Assembly (NCBI GenBank): GCA_020184695.1
Contig: JAANOX010000033.1
Coordinates: 372,001-436,000, forward strand
Length of the DNA: 64,000 nt
Origin: Histomonas meleagridis 2922-C6/04-290x
Lineage: Eukaryota; Protista; Parabasalia
Direction: 5' to 3'
Part shown: positions 46,441-56,460 of the stretch, piece by piece
How positions within the stretch are numbered: position 1 is the first letter of the stretch
How the letters are laid out: each line of letters begins with the position of its first letter
Program-made: the position numbers and the translations under genes
Notes under the pieces: model-generated
Seen by the model: only the letters and a program-made list of their open reading frames with translations
Databases searched by the model: none
What the model was told of the DNA's origin: nothing

Positions 46441-46895
46441 GCAGTAAAACAATAAAAAATTTTATTTTTGTAATATTTATATTATTCGTAAGCAAAAGTG
46501 GTATAATTTTTTTTTCCTGAGTAATCAAGTAAAGTATTGAAATAGTTGGTCAATAATTCAAAATTACATCATTACTTGAAATAATAGTAATCAAAATGCA
46601 AGGAATTAGAAGATATTACTCTATAGATATTCACAGATGTATTCAAAAGAAGTCGATCATTTTAAATCCAAAAATTACATAAACTATTGAATCAAAAATT
46701 AAAAAAAAAAAATATCTTAATATATAATACATTTAAACACGATAAAATTATGTTTTTAAATATTACATATCTATTGTTATATCTTCATATGATATTAGAA
46801 CAATTTATTGAGGAAATGTTCGTCAGGCTTGCACCATTAACGTTTTTTGACACACCACATTTTTTGTTTACAGAAAACTAATATGATTCCGGGAT

Positions 46896-46941
46896 TTTGC
46901 CCAGGGATATATATCCCATTTGCCCAGGGATATATATCCCA
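46896..46941. repeat. 23-nt direct tandem duplication, each copy containing the palindrome GGGATATATATCCC
   Basis: TTTGCCCAGGGATATATATCCCA occurs twice, head to tail. Confidence 0.85.
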
Positions 46942-47046
46942 TATTAGCAAAATTAATTCATTATCAATCCATTGGATTGTTAATCTAGGAAATTCATTTT
47001 AATTAAAATTCCAACGTTATTTTTTATTCATTTCCGACTTTTTATT

Positions 47047-48954
47047 CTAAATCAAAACTTGATCTTGAATTTGTTCGTTATAATCATTATCATTATTGGT
47101 CTTTTGCTTCAAAGTCTTTATAACATAAATCACCAAAGCAACGAACATATAAATTGGTATAAATACGAATTCCGGACTTGTTAATGTTGTTGCAATTCCA
47201 TGAAATTCGTTGATAGAAACTAAATTTATTATAATACCCACAACAAACAATGCGCATATTATTGTATCTAAAATAAAAATAGGAGACAATACATGTGTTG
47301 CTTGGATCGCAGATGAGTATAATATCGCAGGGATAACTACAAATGTCAAATAAAACAAATTATGTCTCATTCCATGGAACATAAACACATTCTTTCCAAT
47401 AGAACATACACCCCATGTCCACATAATAGCAACTTTCCTATCAAGCGAAAAGAAATATGTTGGCATAAATAACGTCCATATGACCGATACAAAAAGTGCT
47501 ATCTTGATGTAAAGTGGCGTTTTGCTGACGCGATATTTGACTTGAAGTAACCCGCCAACCGTCGCCATCAACCAATGGCTATCAGATTTCTGCTCATGAA
47601 TCCATTTGTCAAATGGCTCACAAACCTTTTCACTGTTGATCGGAAGAGTAATGATTAAGGTGATGATGAATAGAATGAAATATAAAAAGACATATGCAAC
47701 TGATGCAGGAATGGAATATCGTGTTTCAGTAAATTTGGGTATCGTTTGACCGACTGTAAATGATACACTGGCAGTGATTTTATGTTCAGTATTTGTAATT
47801 TCAAGATTATGATTTCCTTCTTTAACTTGAAGTGGACAAGAACATAACTGAACACCATCTTCAATGAATTTACATGTTAAGCTTGCTGTTACAGCACCGG
47901 AAGCTTGAAGTTGAATTGTTTGATTTGTAAATAATAAGACTCGAACTTCTGTATTTTCTTCATTGAACACATCTAAGCTACTTGCTTGGCTTGTGGGTGG
48001 AGGGTTAGTTATAACAGCAAATATATCTTGTGATAGATCGATGTCATGATACACCGACCGTTTATTATCAAAAGTGACGATGCCGATATGTGTATACTTG
48101 AAAAGTGGCATTCCAACAATTTCGAGTGTGTCTCCATGGTGATAAATTTGTGGTCTACTTGGGTGCATATGGCCAGAGAGGAAATACCTTGCATTTGGTA
48201 TATTTTGTAAAATTTCTGCTATGATATAATTAGACTTTGTTGAAATGTCGGGATAAAATCCATACACTGGATAATGTGATGAAACAATAGTATAGTCTGC
48301 GTTAACATTCTTTAATTGTGTAACTAATGAACTACGAAGAGATGATGGTGGAAATGCCCAATCTTCAAGTTTCTCTGTGGGAGCTGGAAATTGTAATGGA
48401 TTAAGCACAATGGCATTAAATGTAACTCCATCAATTTCAAAAACATATTTACAAATTTCATATGAACTGCTATTATAAACGATGTCTTTTGCATAATTAC
48501 GGTCTGAATCTATTGACGCAAGGTCAAAAACATCATGATTCCCAGCGGAATAAATTATTTTATCTGATGAGAGATTGAGCTCATTGAGAAGATGTTTATA
48601 TAATTCCCAATCTTCTTCAACCATAGTGGTATAGATAGGGACTGTGTAATTCCTCGAGCCATCAGTTACATCACCAGTTATGAAAATTTTTTTGGGTTTA
48701 ATAACATTAAGAAGTTTTGACATTCTTGTGTAGATATTACCATAGCTATCTGAACGTGCATGGCTTAAATGTGGGTCTGTTACGTGGGCAATCCAAATTG
48801 GATTTTTGGTTGAATTCCACGTATAACCAGTTTTTGATACAAAATCCTTGGTTTTACCAACACTTTGGAAAGTGGCAGTAGAAATATAAATAAGAGACAA
48901 AACTATTAGCCATAAATACTGTGAGAGAACGTAAGGAAATTTTTTTAACTGCAT
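47047..48954 (-). CDS. Calcineurin-like metallophosphoesterase with C-terminal TM helices (TMEM62-like)
   Basis: HVTDPH, ITGDVTD, AGNHD, SHYP and LSGHMH metal-binding motifs; signal-like N-terminus and multi-TM C-terminus; first ATG at 48954. Confidence 0.88.
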   Translation of the reverse strand: MQLKKFPYVLSQYLWLIVLSLIYISTATFQSVGKTKDFVSKTGYTWNSTKNPIWIAHVTDPHLSHARSDSYGNIYTRMSKLLNVIKPKKIFITGDVTDGSRNYTVPIYTTMVEEDWELYKHLLNELNLSSDKIIYSAGNHDVFDLASIDSDRNYAKDIVYNSSSYEICKYVFEIDGVTFNAIVLNPLQFPAPTEKLEDWAFPPSSLRSSLVTQLKNVNADYTIVSSHYPVYGFYPDISTKSNYIIAEILQNIPNARYFLSGHMHPSRPQIYHHGDTLEIVGMPLFKYTHIGIVTFDNKRSVYHDIDLSQDIFAVITNPPPTSQASSLDVFNEENTEVRVLLFTNQTIQLQASGAVTASLTCKFIEDGVQLCSCPLQVKEGNHNLEITNTEHKITASVSFTVGQTIPKFTETRYSIPASVAYVFLYFILFIITLIITLPINSEKVCEPFDKWIHEQKSDSHWLMATVGGLLQVKYRVSKTPLYIKIALFVSVIWTLFMPTYFFSLDRKVAIMWTWGVCSIGKNVFMFHGMRHNLFYLTFVVIPAILYSSAIQATHVLSPIFILDTIICALFVVGIIINLVSINEFHGIATTLTSPEFVFIPIYMFVALVIYVIKTLKQKTNNDNDYNEQIQDQVLI

Positions 48955-49346
48955 TTGTTCTCTTTGCAAAGAGATTGAAAATATTTAATTTTTGAAAAGA
49001 AAACCGTTTTATAACCGCCATTAGTTTTTGGGAGTTTTTTACACAGCGCCATTCTTTGCCCGCTGGAATTATGTAAGATATGCTTTACCACAATCTAGGT
49101 ATATATTTAAAAAAGCTTTTTTTGTAAAAAAATGTGTGAACTTTCACTAAAATTTTTTATGATCAAATATATTTGATTCAAAGTAAAACCCACTCACAAC
49201 TTTTTTCAATATGACATGAATCACTTGATAATCACTTGTTAAATTCAACCCAAAGCAAAAATGAGCTTCAGCAATTGAGGTTTTAATGGGTTAACCGTTG
49301 GCACTTTCTGTGCTAATTTTAAACGTGCATTATTCGGTGTTGCTAA

Positions 49347-50240
49347 ATGTCGAGCGAATACAAGGGAAACGGTGCAATGAGCTTATCAAAGGTCCCATTG
49401 TCGGGCATCCAAAAAAAGACTATACCAAATCAAGGCACAGAATCTGATTTAAAAAATAAATTACATCGTGCTGAAGTCTTATGTGCAAAAAGGGAACATA
49501 AACTACAGGTTCTTATCAATAAAATCGAAGCACAGAAAGAGCATAATTCAAAACTTCAAAATCAAATTAATGAAATGAAACAATTTCTTAAAGATTATGG
49601 ACTGGAGTGGGCTGGAGGCCCAGCTCCTACATTTGGATATTTTCCAAATGGTCCCATTGATATGGACTTATTTAACGAAAGGGTTAAAGATTTAAATCAA
49701 ATGGCAGAAAGAGATATTTCACACAACTACTCACAAAATCAAGCGCCAAGTCACAAAGTCACTGTTATTTTTGAAAACGAAGGGTTTACTGTAAATAAAG
49801 GGCAGTTTCGTCCCTACATTGACAATGGAATGTTCATTCAAGACATCATGGATGGCTTTTTCCCAAGCGAATTTCAAAAGCAGTTTCCTAATGGTGTCAT
49901 TTTGAAGGTCATTGATAATCGAAAAGAGGATATTTTCAAAGGTACATCTCGAAGATTAATTGAATCTGCAAAATCAAAAAGAGCAAACAAAGAACTTGGA
50001 TCTGGTGACGGGAGAATAAAGGTTCAGTTTCCAGATGGAAGCAGCGTTGTGATAAAGACAGAGAAAACAAATTTAATTCGTCAAATTAGAAGAATAATTA
50101 AGTTCAACTTCGATGTTGAAGAAAGTTTCGAACTATGTGCGCCGCCATCGACGAAAGTGCTAAATGATGATGATAATATAGAGCTATGTAAGCTATATCC
50201 AAGAGGAATGTTATTTGTTACGTATGGAAATGAGAAATAA
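49347..50240 (+). CDS. UBXN11: SEP/UBX domain protein, UBXN11-like
   Basis: Coiled coil, MKQFLKDYGLEWAG, FIQDIMDGFFPSEFQKQFPNGV, and a C-terminal ubiquitin-like region. Confidence 0.8.
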   Translation: MSSEYKGNGAMSLSKVPLSGIQKKTIPNQGTESDLKNKLHRAEVLCAKREHKLQVLINKIEAQKEHNSKLQNQINEMKQFLKDYGLEWAGGPAPTFGYFPNGPIDMDLFNERVKDLNQMAERDISHNYSQNQAPSHKVTVIFENEGFTVNKGQFRPYIDNGMFIQDIMDGFFPSEFQKQFPNGVILKVIDNRKEDIFKGTSRRLIESAKSKRANKELGSGDGRIKVQFPDGSSVVIKTEKTNLIRQIRRIIKFNFDVEESFELCAPPSTKVLNDDDNIELCKLYPRGMLFVTYGNEK

Positions 50241-50493
50241 TTTATTTGTTTATAAATATTTATATTTGTATTATATTTTTATCGAAATATTCAAAAACTT
50301 AAAAAGGTAAAACAGAACTTCATAAGAAACAAGTTAAAGAAGAAGTTAATCAAAATGAAAAGTACAAAAGGGAGAAACTGCAATTAAAGATTATATCGTT
50401 GCTAATTTCTTATCTCAAGGTTTATATTTTGATGTCGAAGATTTTATTGACATTGCATACTAAGCTTATCTCGAAAAATATACTAATGAAGAA

Positions 50494-51282
50494 ATGATCA
50501 AAAAAGATTTTCTAATTAGCAGAGGATTTATCAATGACTTCAAGAAACGAAATAGAATTTCATCGAAGAAACCTCACGCGAAAAGAAGACCAACAATATC
50601 TGATGAAGAAAAAAATGAATTCATCCAAAAAATTCAGAAACTTTTATCAACAGTTGATAGATCTAGAGTGATTAATTCCGATGAAACATGTTGGAAGAGT
50701 TTTCCTGGAGGAATTTTGACTTGGTCTGAAACAGGATCAGACAATGTTAAAGCCTATGTCAATGCTAACTCCAAACAAAGTATCAGTGTAATGGCAAGTA
50801 TAAAGGCTGATGATACAAAGCTACCTCTTTTCATTATTGCTAAGGGTACAACTGAGCGAAGTGAAATAAATATAGGAGATATTTCATATCACAATTCCAC
50901 TAGATCAAGCAATGGTTAGACAACAGAATCAACATTTGAGCAATATTTAAAGTTTCTCCGAAACAATTTTAATGACGACGAAAAGATATATTTGATTGTT
51001 GATCAATACATAGCTTATCAAACTCAAAAGATCCATGAGTGTGCTGATAATTTGAATATTGAATTATTATTCATCCCTGCAGGCTTAACTATTGAGTTAC
51101 AGCCATTGGATCGATTGGTGTTTGGGAGCCTAAAAACAACAGCAAGAAGACTTATCAAAAAATCATATCAAAATGATCCCAATACTAAATTCAACAAATA
51201 AACAGCAGTGCAATATTTACTAGCTGCTTGGGAACATTTAAGTGAGAACACAATTACTGAATCATGGGAAATTTATGAATAA
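50494..51282 (+). pseudogene. pogo/Tigger-like (DDE_1) transposase remnant
   Basis: SRGFINDFKKRN, INSDETCW, KLPLFIIAKG, SNG*TTE, LIVDQY, FIPAGLTIELQPLDRLVFGSLK; in-frame stops at 50917-50919 and 51199-51201. Confidence 0.85.
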
Positions 51283-52974
51283 ATGATTATTTCATTATAT
51301 TTTTAATTACATAAAACGTCAAATGTTTAGACTTGAATAGAGCTACTTTTTTAGTTTAATTTGATTATATGTAGCGAAATTTTTGATGGATCATTGAAAT
51401 TATATAATAAAGGAATAAGATTCATGTAGAGAGAACTAGAGTTGGGAGTATTTCATATGCATTGACCAAAGCTCTTGTATATCATGAGCATCATGGAAAT
51501 GGAGTCCCTTGTGTCTGATCGAAAACGGTTTTATTCTCAAATTCCAGTGGCAAAAATTTGAATACGACGAATTGGAGCGACTCCAGGGTATTTCATTTAA
51601 AAAATAATTGAAATTCCGAATTTATTGATCTTCTCGAATTTCTCATAACATCGAAGTATCTTTATTATAGTTGAATATTGTAATTCATTTATAATCAAAT
51701 AATATAAAAGTTATATTGGAATTGTTTTAATATCAAATTCTACACCATTAAGGATTATAGAATTGTACTGCTTGATAGCTATCGTTTCATAAACGGTTTT
51801 TTGTAATTTGATATGTTTTTTATAAGAAAAATGAGCAAGACAATGTTTTTTATATTTAATTGCTCATCCATGATTTATTAAACATTTTAGACACAATTAA
51901 TTCTATGTTAGATGAAATTTGCGAATTTTTGTTGAAATTGCAAAAATCGATTTAGAAAAAATACAGTACCTGACACGAAAATCCGTACAACGGCCGGAAA
52001 TTACAGTTCAAAAAATAACCGTTGTTCATAGTAAACGGCCGCGAGCCGAAAAAATTGTTTATTAGCCCGAAATTTATGTCCACTTCAATTAGAAAATAAA
52101 AACTTATAATTTTACCCTATTCATTTCTATGAATTAATGTTATTCATTGTTATATTGAGTCTTTAGAAAAGATAATTTTAAAAAATTCACTATTTTGATG
52201 CTTTTCCAATTCTATTTGCTAAAAATGGGGTGGTTAGGTTAAGCTTTTTGAATAGTTTATATAAAAATGGATAAATGATGCTTTTACTCAATAAAATTAT
52301 TCCTAATGAAAATCAAGTGATTTTGCTATATATATATAGAGGAGGAATGAAATATGATTGACGAAAGTTAATACAAGTAAATAATCTATAATGAAATATA
52401 ATTAAAGATAGTAGTTAGCTGGCCTCAAATAGTAAGATAATAAATAAAATATTTTCTATCCCCTGTATGTTACTTGTTATATTAGGTGGTGCATGCACCC
52501 ATGGTCTACGCCATGGGTGAAAAAATAATTTAGCATTGTAACTGAATATAATTTATTTTTTATTTCAGAATAAACAAAATTAAGTTATGTGTTGGCATAT
52601 TTCGATCAAGGAACGCATAACATTTAAAAAAATGAGAAAAAAAAAATACATGTAACATTCACTAGAATATAAACAGATAATATGTATTGAAAAAGTCATC
52701 TTGTGTGACTCAGGAAAATGACTTTATCAATAATCAAAATATGCTTACACATTTTTATATAATTTTTAAGTACTTCATTTTTTTTCGAAAAATAAACAAA
52801 TACCCTATAACTGCCCTCGCACTCATGATAATTAAGCAAACTTCGAAAATAACACATATATGGAATTAAAAAAAATTCATTTAGAATAATTTATTATTCA
52901 TCATTCAAATTTTTCTTTCAACCTATGAGTAACCACTTTGTTTTCTATGGACGAAAGCAGACTTTCATTGCATT

Positions 52975-54006
52975 CTATACTATTAGATGTGATTGGTTGA
53001 CCATTTTTGCACATTTCAAGAATAGGCATTTAGCGTAAAATCTTTTTGATTTTTTGGCCGTGAATTTGATTTCTGCTTTCGCCCATCGATTTCTGATTTC
53101 ATTTTCCAGTGTATCATCAAAAATGAAAGCTGTAGAATCAAAGTTTGCCATTTCCGTTTTTTGGAAGCCAAAATATGCTTCAACGACCTCATTCAAATGG
53201 CTATATGGTACGGTTGGGATTTTCTCTGATTTTCATATCTTTAATTGCCCTTTGAGTTTCGGATGTCTTATGGATCTTACAGTTATCGTGAATTAAGCAA
53301 ATCTTATTACTACCTGAGCATACTGCCCTTCTAATAAGATCTGTTACTTCACGGATAAATACAGCATAATCGTTTCCATTTATGCTTCCTCTGAATTACT
53401 TGCTTATGACACCGAACCCTAAAATGACACAGGAGAGAATTGAGAGTTTATGTTGTGCAAGGATTCCTTCTACAGCAGGAACTACTCCAATTAATGCTCT
53501 ACCTTTAATTGTATTTGGTAACAATGTTACAGCAGCCTCATCCACGAACATAAATAAAACATTTGATAATTGTGCAATTTCCAAAACTATACTTGCCCAA
53601 AAAGCTCTTAGTATCATGAGTCCTATTGTATTTCTGGCCGGAGGGCAAAATTTGATTGATTTAGCACGGAAATGCAATGTGATATCAATCGATATACAGA
53701 TCTAACTGAAATGCCACTACCTTTTTCGAATATACCTGATCTAAGGTTGAGATATTCTGTTCTTTGAATCCAGTCCATTGAGGATAATCCATAAGTGTTG
53801 TTTGATGTATTTTCAAGGTGATCATCATATCTAATAATCTCGTTAAAAATAAGTTGAATACAAAAAACGGCTTGCATCAAAGATATAATAAAACAGTAAT
53901 TGCCTTGGTTTGCATAATTTTTGACTAAAAAAATAAATGAATCATCATATTCGGTTTGATTAATGCGTTCCAAAAATCTGAGAATTTCGATTGAAGAATT
54001 CATCAA
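52975..54006 (-). pseudogene. IS630/Tc1-like DDE transposase of the 51964-54922 element
   Basis: Joined minus-strand pieces give FMFVDEAAV, CLIHDNCKIH and PYSHLNEVVEAYFGFQK; frameshift near 53680 and an internal stop. Confidence 0.8.
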
Positions 54007-54061
54007 AAAAAGTGATTAAAGCTATCATGTCACTTCTTAAATACAATAACTTACTTCTCTC

Positions 54062-54655
54062 TATTTATATTTATATTTATATTTATATTTATATTTATAT
54101 TTATATTTATATTTATATTTATATTTATATTTATATTTATATTTATATTTATATTTATATTTATATTTATATTTATATTTATATTTATATTTATATTTAT
54201 ATTTATATTTATATTTATATTTATATTTATATTTATATTTATATTTATATTTATATTTATATTTATATTTATATTTATATTTATATTTATATTTATATTT
54301 ATATTTATATTTATATTTATATTTATATTTATATTTATATTTTATATTTATATTTATATTTATATTTATATTTATATTTATATTTATATTTATATTTATA
54401 TTTATATTTATATTTATATTTATATTTATATTTATATTTATATTTATATTTATATTTATATTTATATTTATATTTATATTTATATTTATATTTATATTTA
54501 TATTTATATTTATATTTATATTTATATTTATATTTATATTTATATTTATATTTATATTTATATTTATATTTATATTTATATTTATATTTATATTTATATT
54601 TATATTTATATTTATATTTATATTTATATTTATATTTATATTTATATTTATATTT
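54062..54655. repeat. (TATATT)n microsatellite, about 99 units
   Basis: Near-perfect hexamer run with one extra T near 54341. Confidence 0.97.
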
Positions 54656-54984
54656 GACAAAATTCGTTTTAATTATTATATTTATTCGAATAAATATAGT
54701 AAAATTAAGATTTTTTGTTTCCTAATTTAAGTAAACAGAAATATACGGCCAACGGACCATTTTTTCGCCTCTCGGCCGTTTACTTCGAATACCGATCATT
54801 ACGTGTACAGAAATTTCCGGCCGATGGACATTTTTTTCGGCTTGCAGCGGTTATTCATATATGACGGTTATTTTTTGGACAGAAATTTCCGGCCGATGGA
54901 CACATTTTGGTATCCGGTACTGTATGCTTAATGTAATTTATTCGAAAATAAATATTAGTTTTTAATTATTAGATTTCAATATAT

Positions 54985-55500
54985 TCTTATCCACGATGAT
55001 GATAAAAACTTTTGATCATTTCTGGTGGGAATTCATTACATGCTTCATAAAATGCTTATTTTTTTTTTCAGTCGTTGATGTATCCTTTTTTATCAGGCGT
55101 GCTTTTAAAACGTCAAAAAAAAAGATTATCGCAAACTGATGAAAACTTAGAACTTTGTGGATAGAAGAAGAAGCACTTCGCATGTTTTTTTTTCCAATTC
55201 GTTCTGGATCTGATACTGGTTGATGATTGGCTTCTTGTTCCTTTGCATCCTGTAGCAATTGGTCTCTTTCATCTGGAATTAGTAGTGATTCTCTCTAAGG
55301 GTGAAATTGTCTTTCTTTTTGTGCATTTGACGACATATCTTTATTGATTAGTTTGTGCATTGTCGAACGTAATATCGGCGAAACATTTGAAATATCATCT
55401 AATATCATACCACTTTCGAGAGCAAGTAATGCTTGGTATTGTATTGATTCTGGCTTCAGATGCTATGGATTAATCCGGATATTCATTGATTTGGCGCCAA
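54985..55500 (-). pseudogene. Internally deleted relative of the 459-1564 transposase
   Basis: HLKPESIQY...STMHKLINKDMSSNAQK...LLIPDE...ANHQPVS aligns with LKPEGKQY...STIHRWANKDMSLEAQK...LLTDEE...ANHEVVS. It is joined directly to SSVCDN..VLKARLIKKDTSTTE...CNEFPPEMIKSFYHH, the C-terminus; the catalytic core is missing. Confidence 0.75.
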
Positions 55501-55824
55501 AAATACAAATTTTGAATGACTATTCATTTTCTCATTCGAATATTCGATATGTATTAATGAATTTTACATTCCCAAATTTTATACACTATTTCAGATGCAC
55601 ATCAAATGTACTCATACTTGTGAAACTTATACATTAAATTTTATCCTAATACTGCTGTGGAATAACAGAAATAAGTTGTTTTTCTAAATTGAACCAAAAA
55701 ATTCGGCAACACGATAGGGACGATAGATTCAAAAAATAGAATTTTAATATGGTTTATTTTTAGATTGAAAAGAGATTTTGCTGTCGAATTTTTTGTAAAA
55801 ATCTCATTTTTATTTTTTTTTTGT

Positions 55825-56290
55825 TTATTTAATATTTAGAAGCGAATCAATCCTATCTTCATAAAACCCGGATAAGTTATGTCTAACATGAGAGTACCAT
55901 CTATTTTTGATTTGGGAAGAAGTTCTATTTATCATATTTTTTGATATTAGTTGCCAACAATGACCAACATCTCTAACAAGTATAAATATTAGTCTATCCT
56001 CATATTCTTCCCATGGGAAATTATTTTTTATGCCTTGAGAACAAAAGTTTGGTTCACTGTTTAATAATCTAGGAATTGAATTTCCATTATTTTCTAAACA
56101 CTTGTTCAGTCTTTCCTCAAAGCTTTTACAGAGCTTGTCAATTGTTTCTTGAGAAAAAGAATCCCAAATCTTGATTACTAAGTTTTTAAGATCTTCCTTT
56201 GTTTTTGGATTTTCTAGTGCTATTCTTTTTTTCATCGAACCCCATAGCATTTCTATGAGGTTTAAATCAGGAGAATTACTTGGTCAATCA
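55825..56290 (-). pseudogene. Tc1 transposase C-terminus fused in-frame to a Myb/SANT-like repeat
   Basis: SPDLNLIEMLWGSMK...LCKSFEERLNKCLENNG is followed in the same ORF by WEEYEDRLIFILVRDVGHCWQLISKNMINRTSSQIKNRWYS. Confidence 0.75.
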
Positions 56291-56460
56291 TGAACAAAAT
56301 GAAATTGAATGACAAAATGATCAAATTGGAATTGAATCGCAAAATGATCGAATTTTCTGTGTTTTTTGATCGTTTTATTGTTGTCGAATTTCTTGGTTCA
56401 GTTTATATTAAATTTGAATACAAAAAAATCGTTATTATGCATTTTCTATGTTTTGCGTGA

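Larger units (their letters stand above)
51964..54922 (-). mobile_element. About 2.96-kb Tc1/mariner-superfamily DNA transposon with about 95-bp imperfect TIRs and TA TSD
   Basis: The left end TA|CAGTACCTGACACGAAAAT...CGGCCGGAAATT..CAAAAAATAACCGT matches the reverse complement of the right end ...GGTACTG|TA; the element contains a broken transposase. Confidence 0.85.

Noticed and set aside
53991-54725. ORFs encoding (IY)n(LY)n and (IN)n(KY)n
   Set aside because: By-products of the stop-free (TATATT)n microsatellite.
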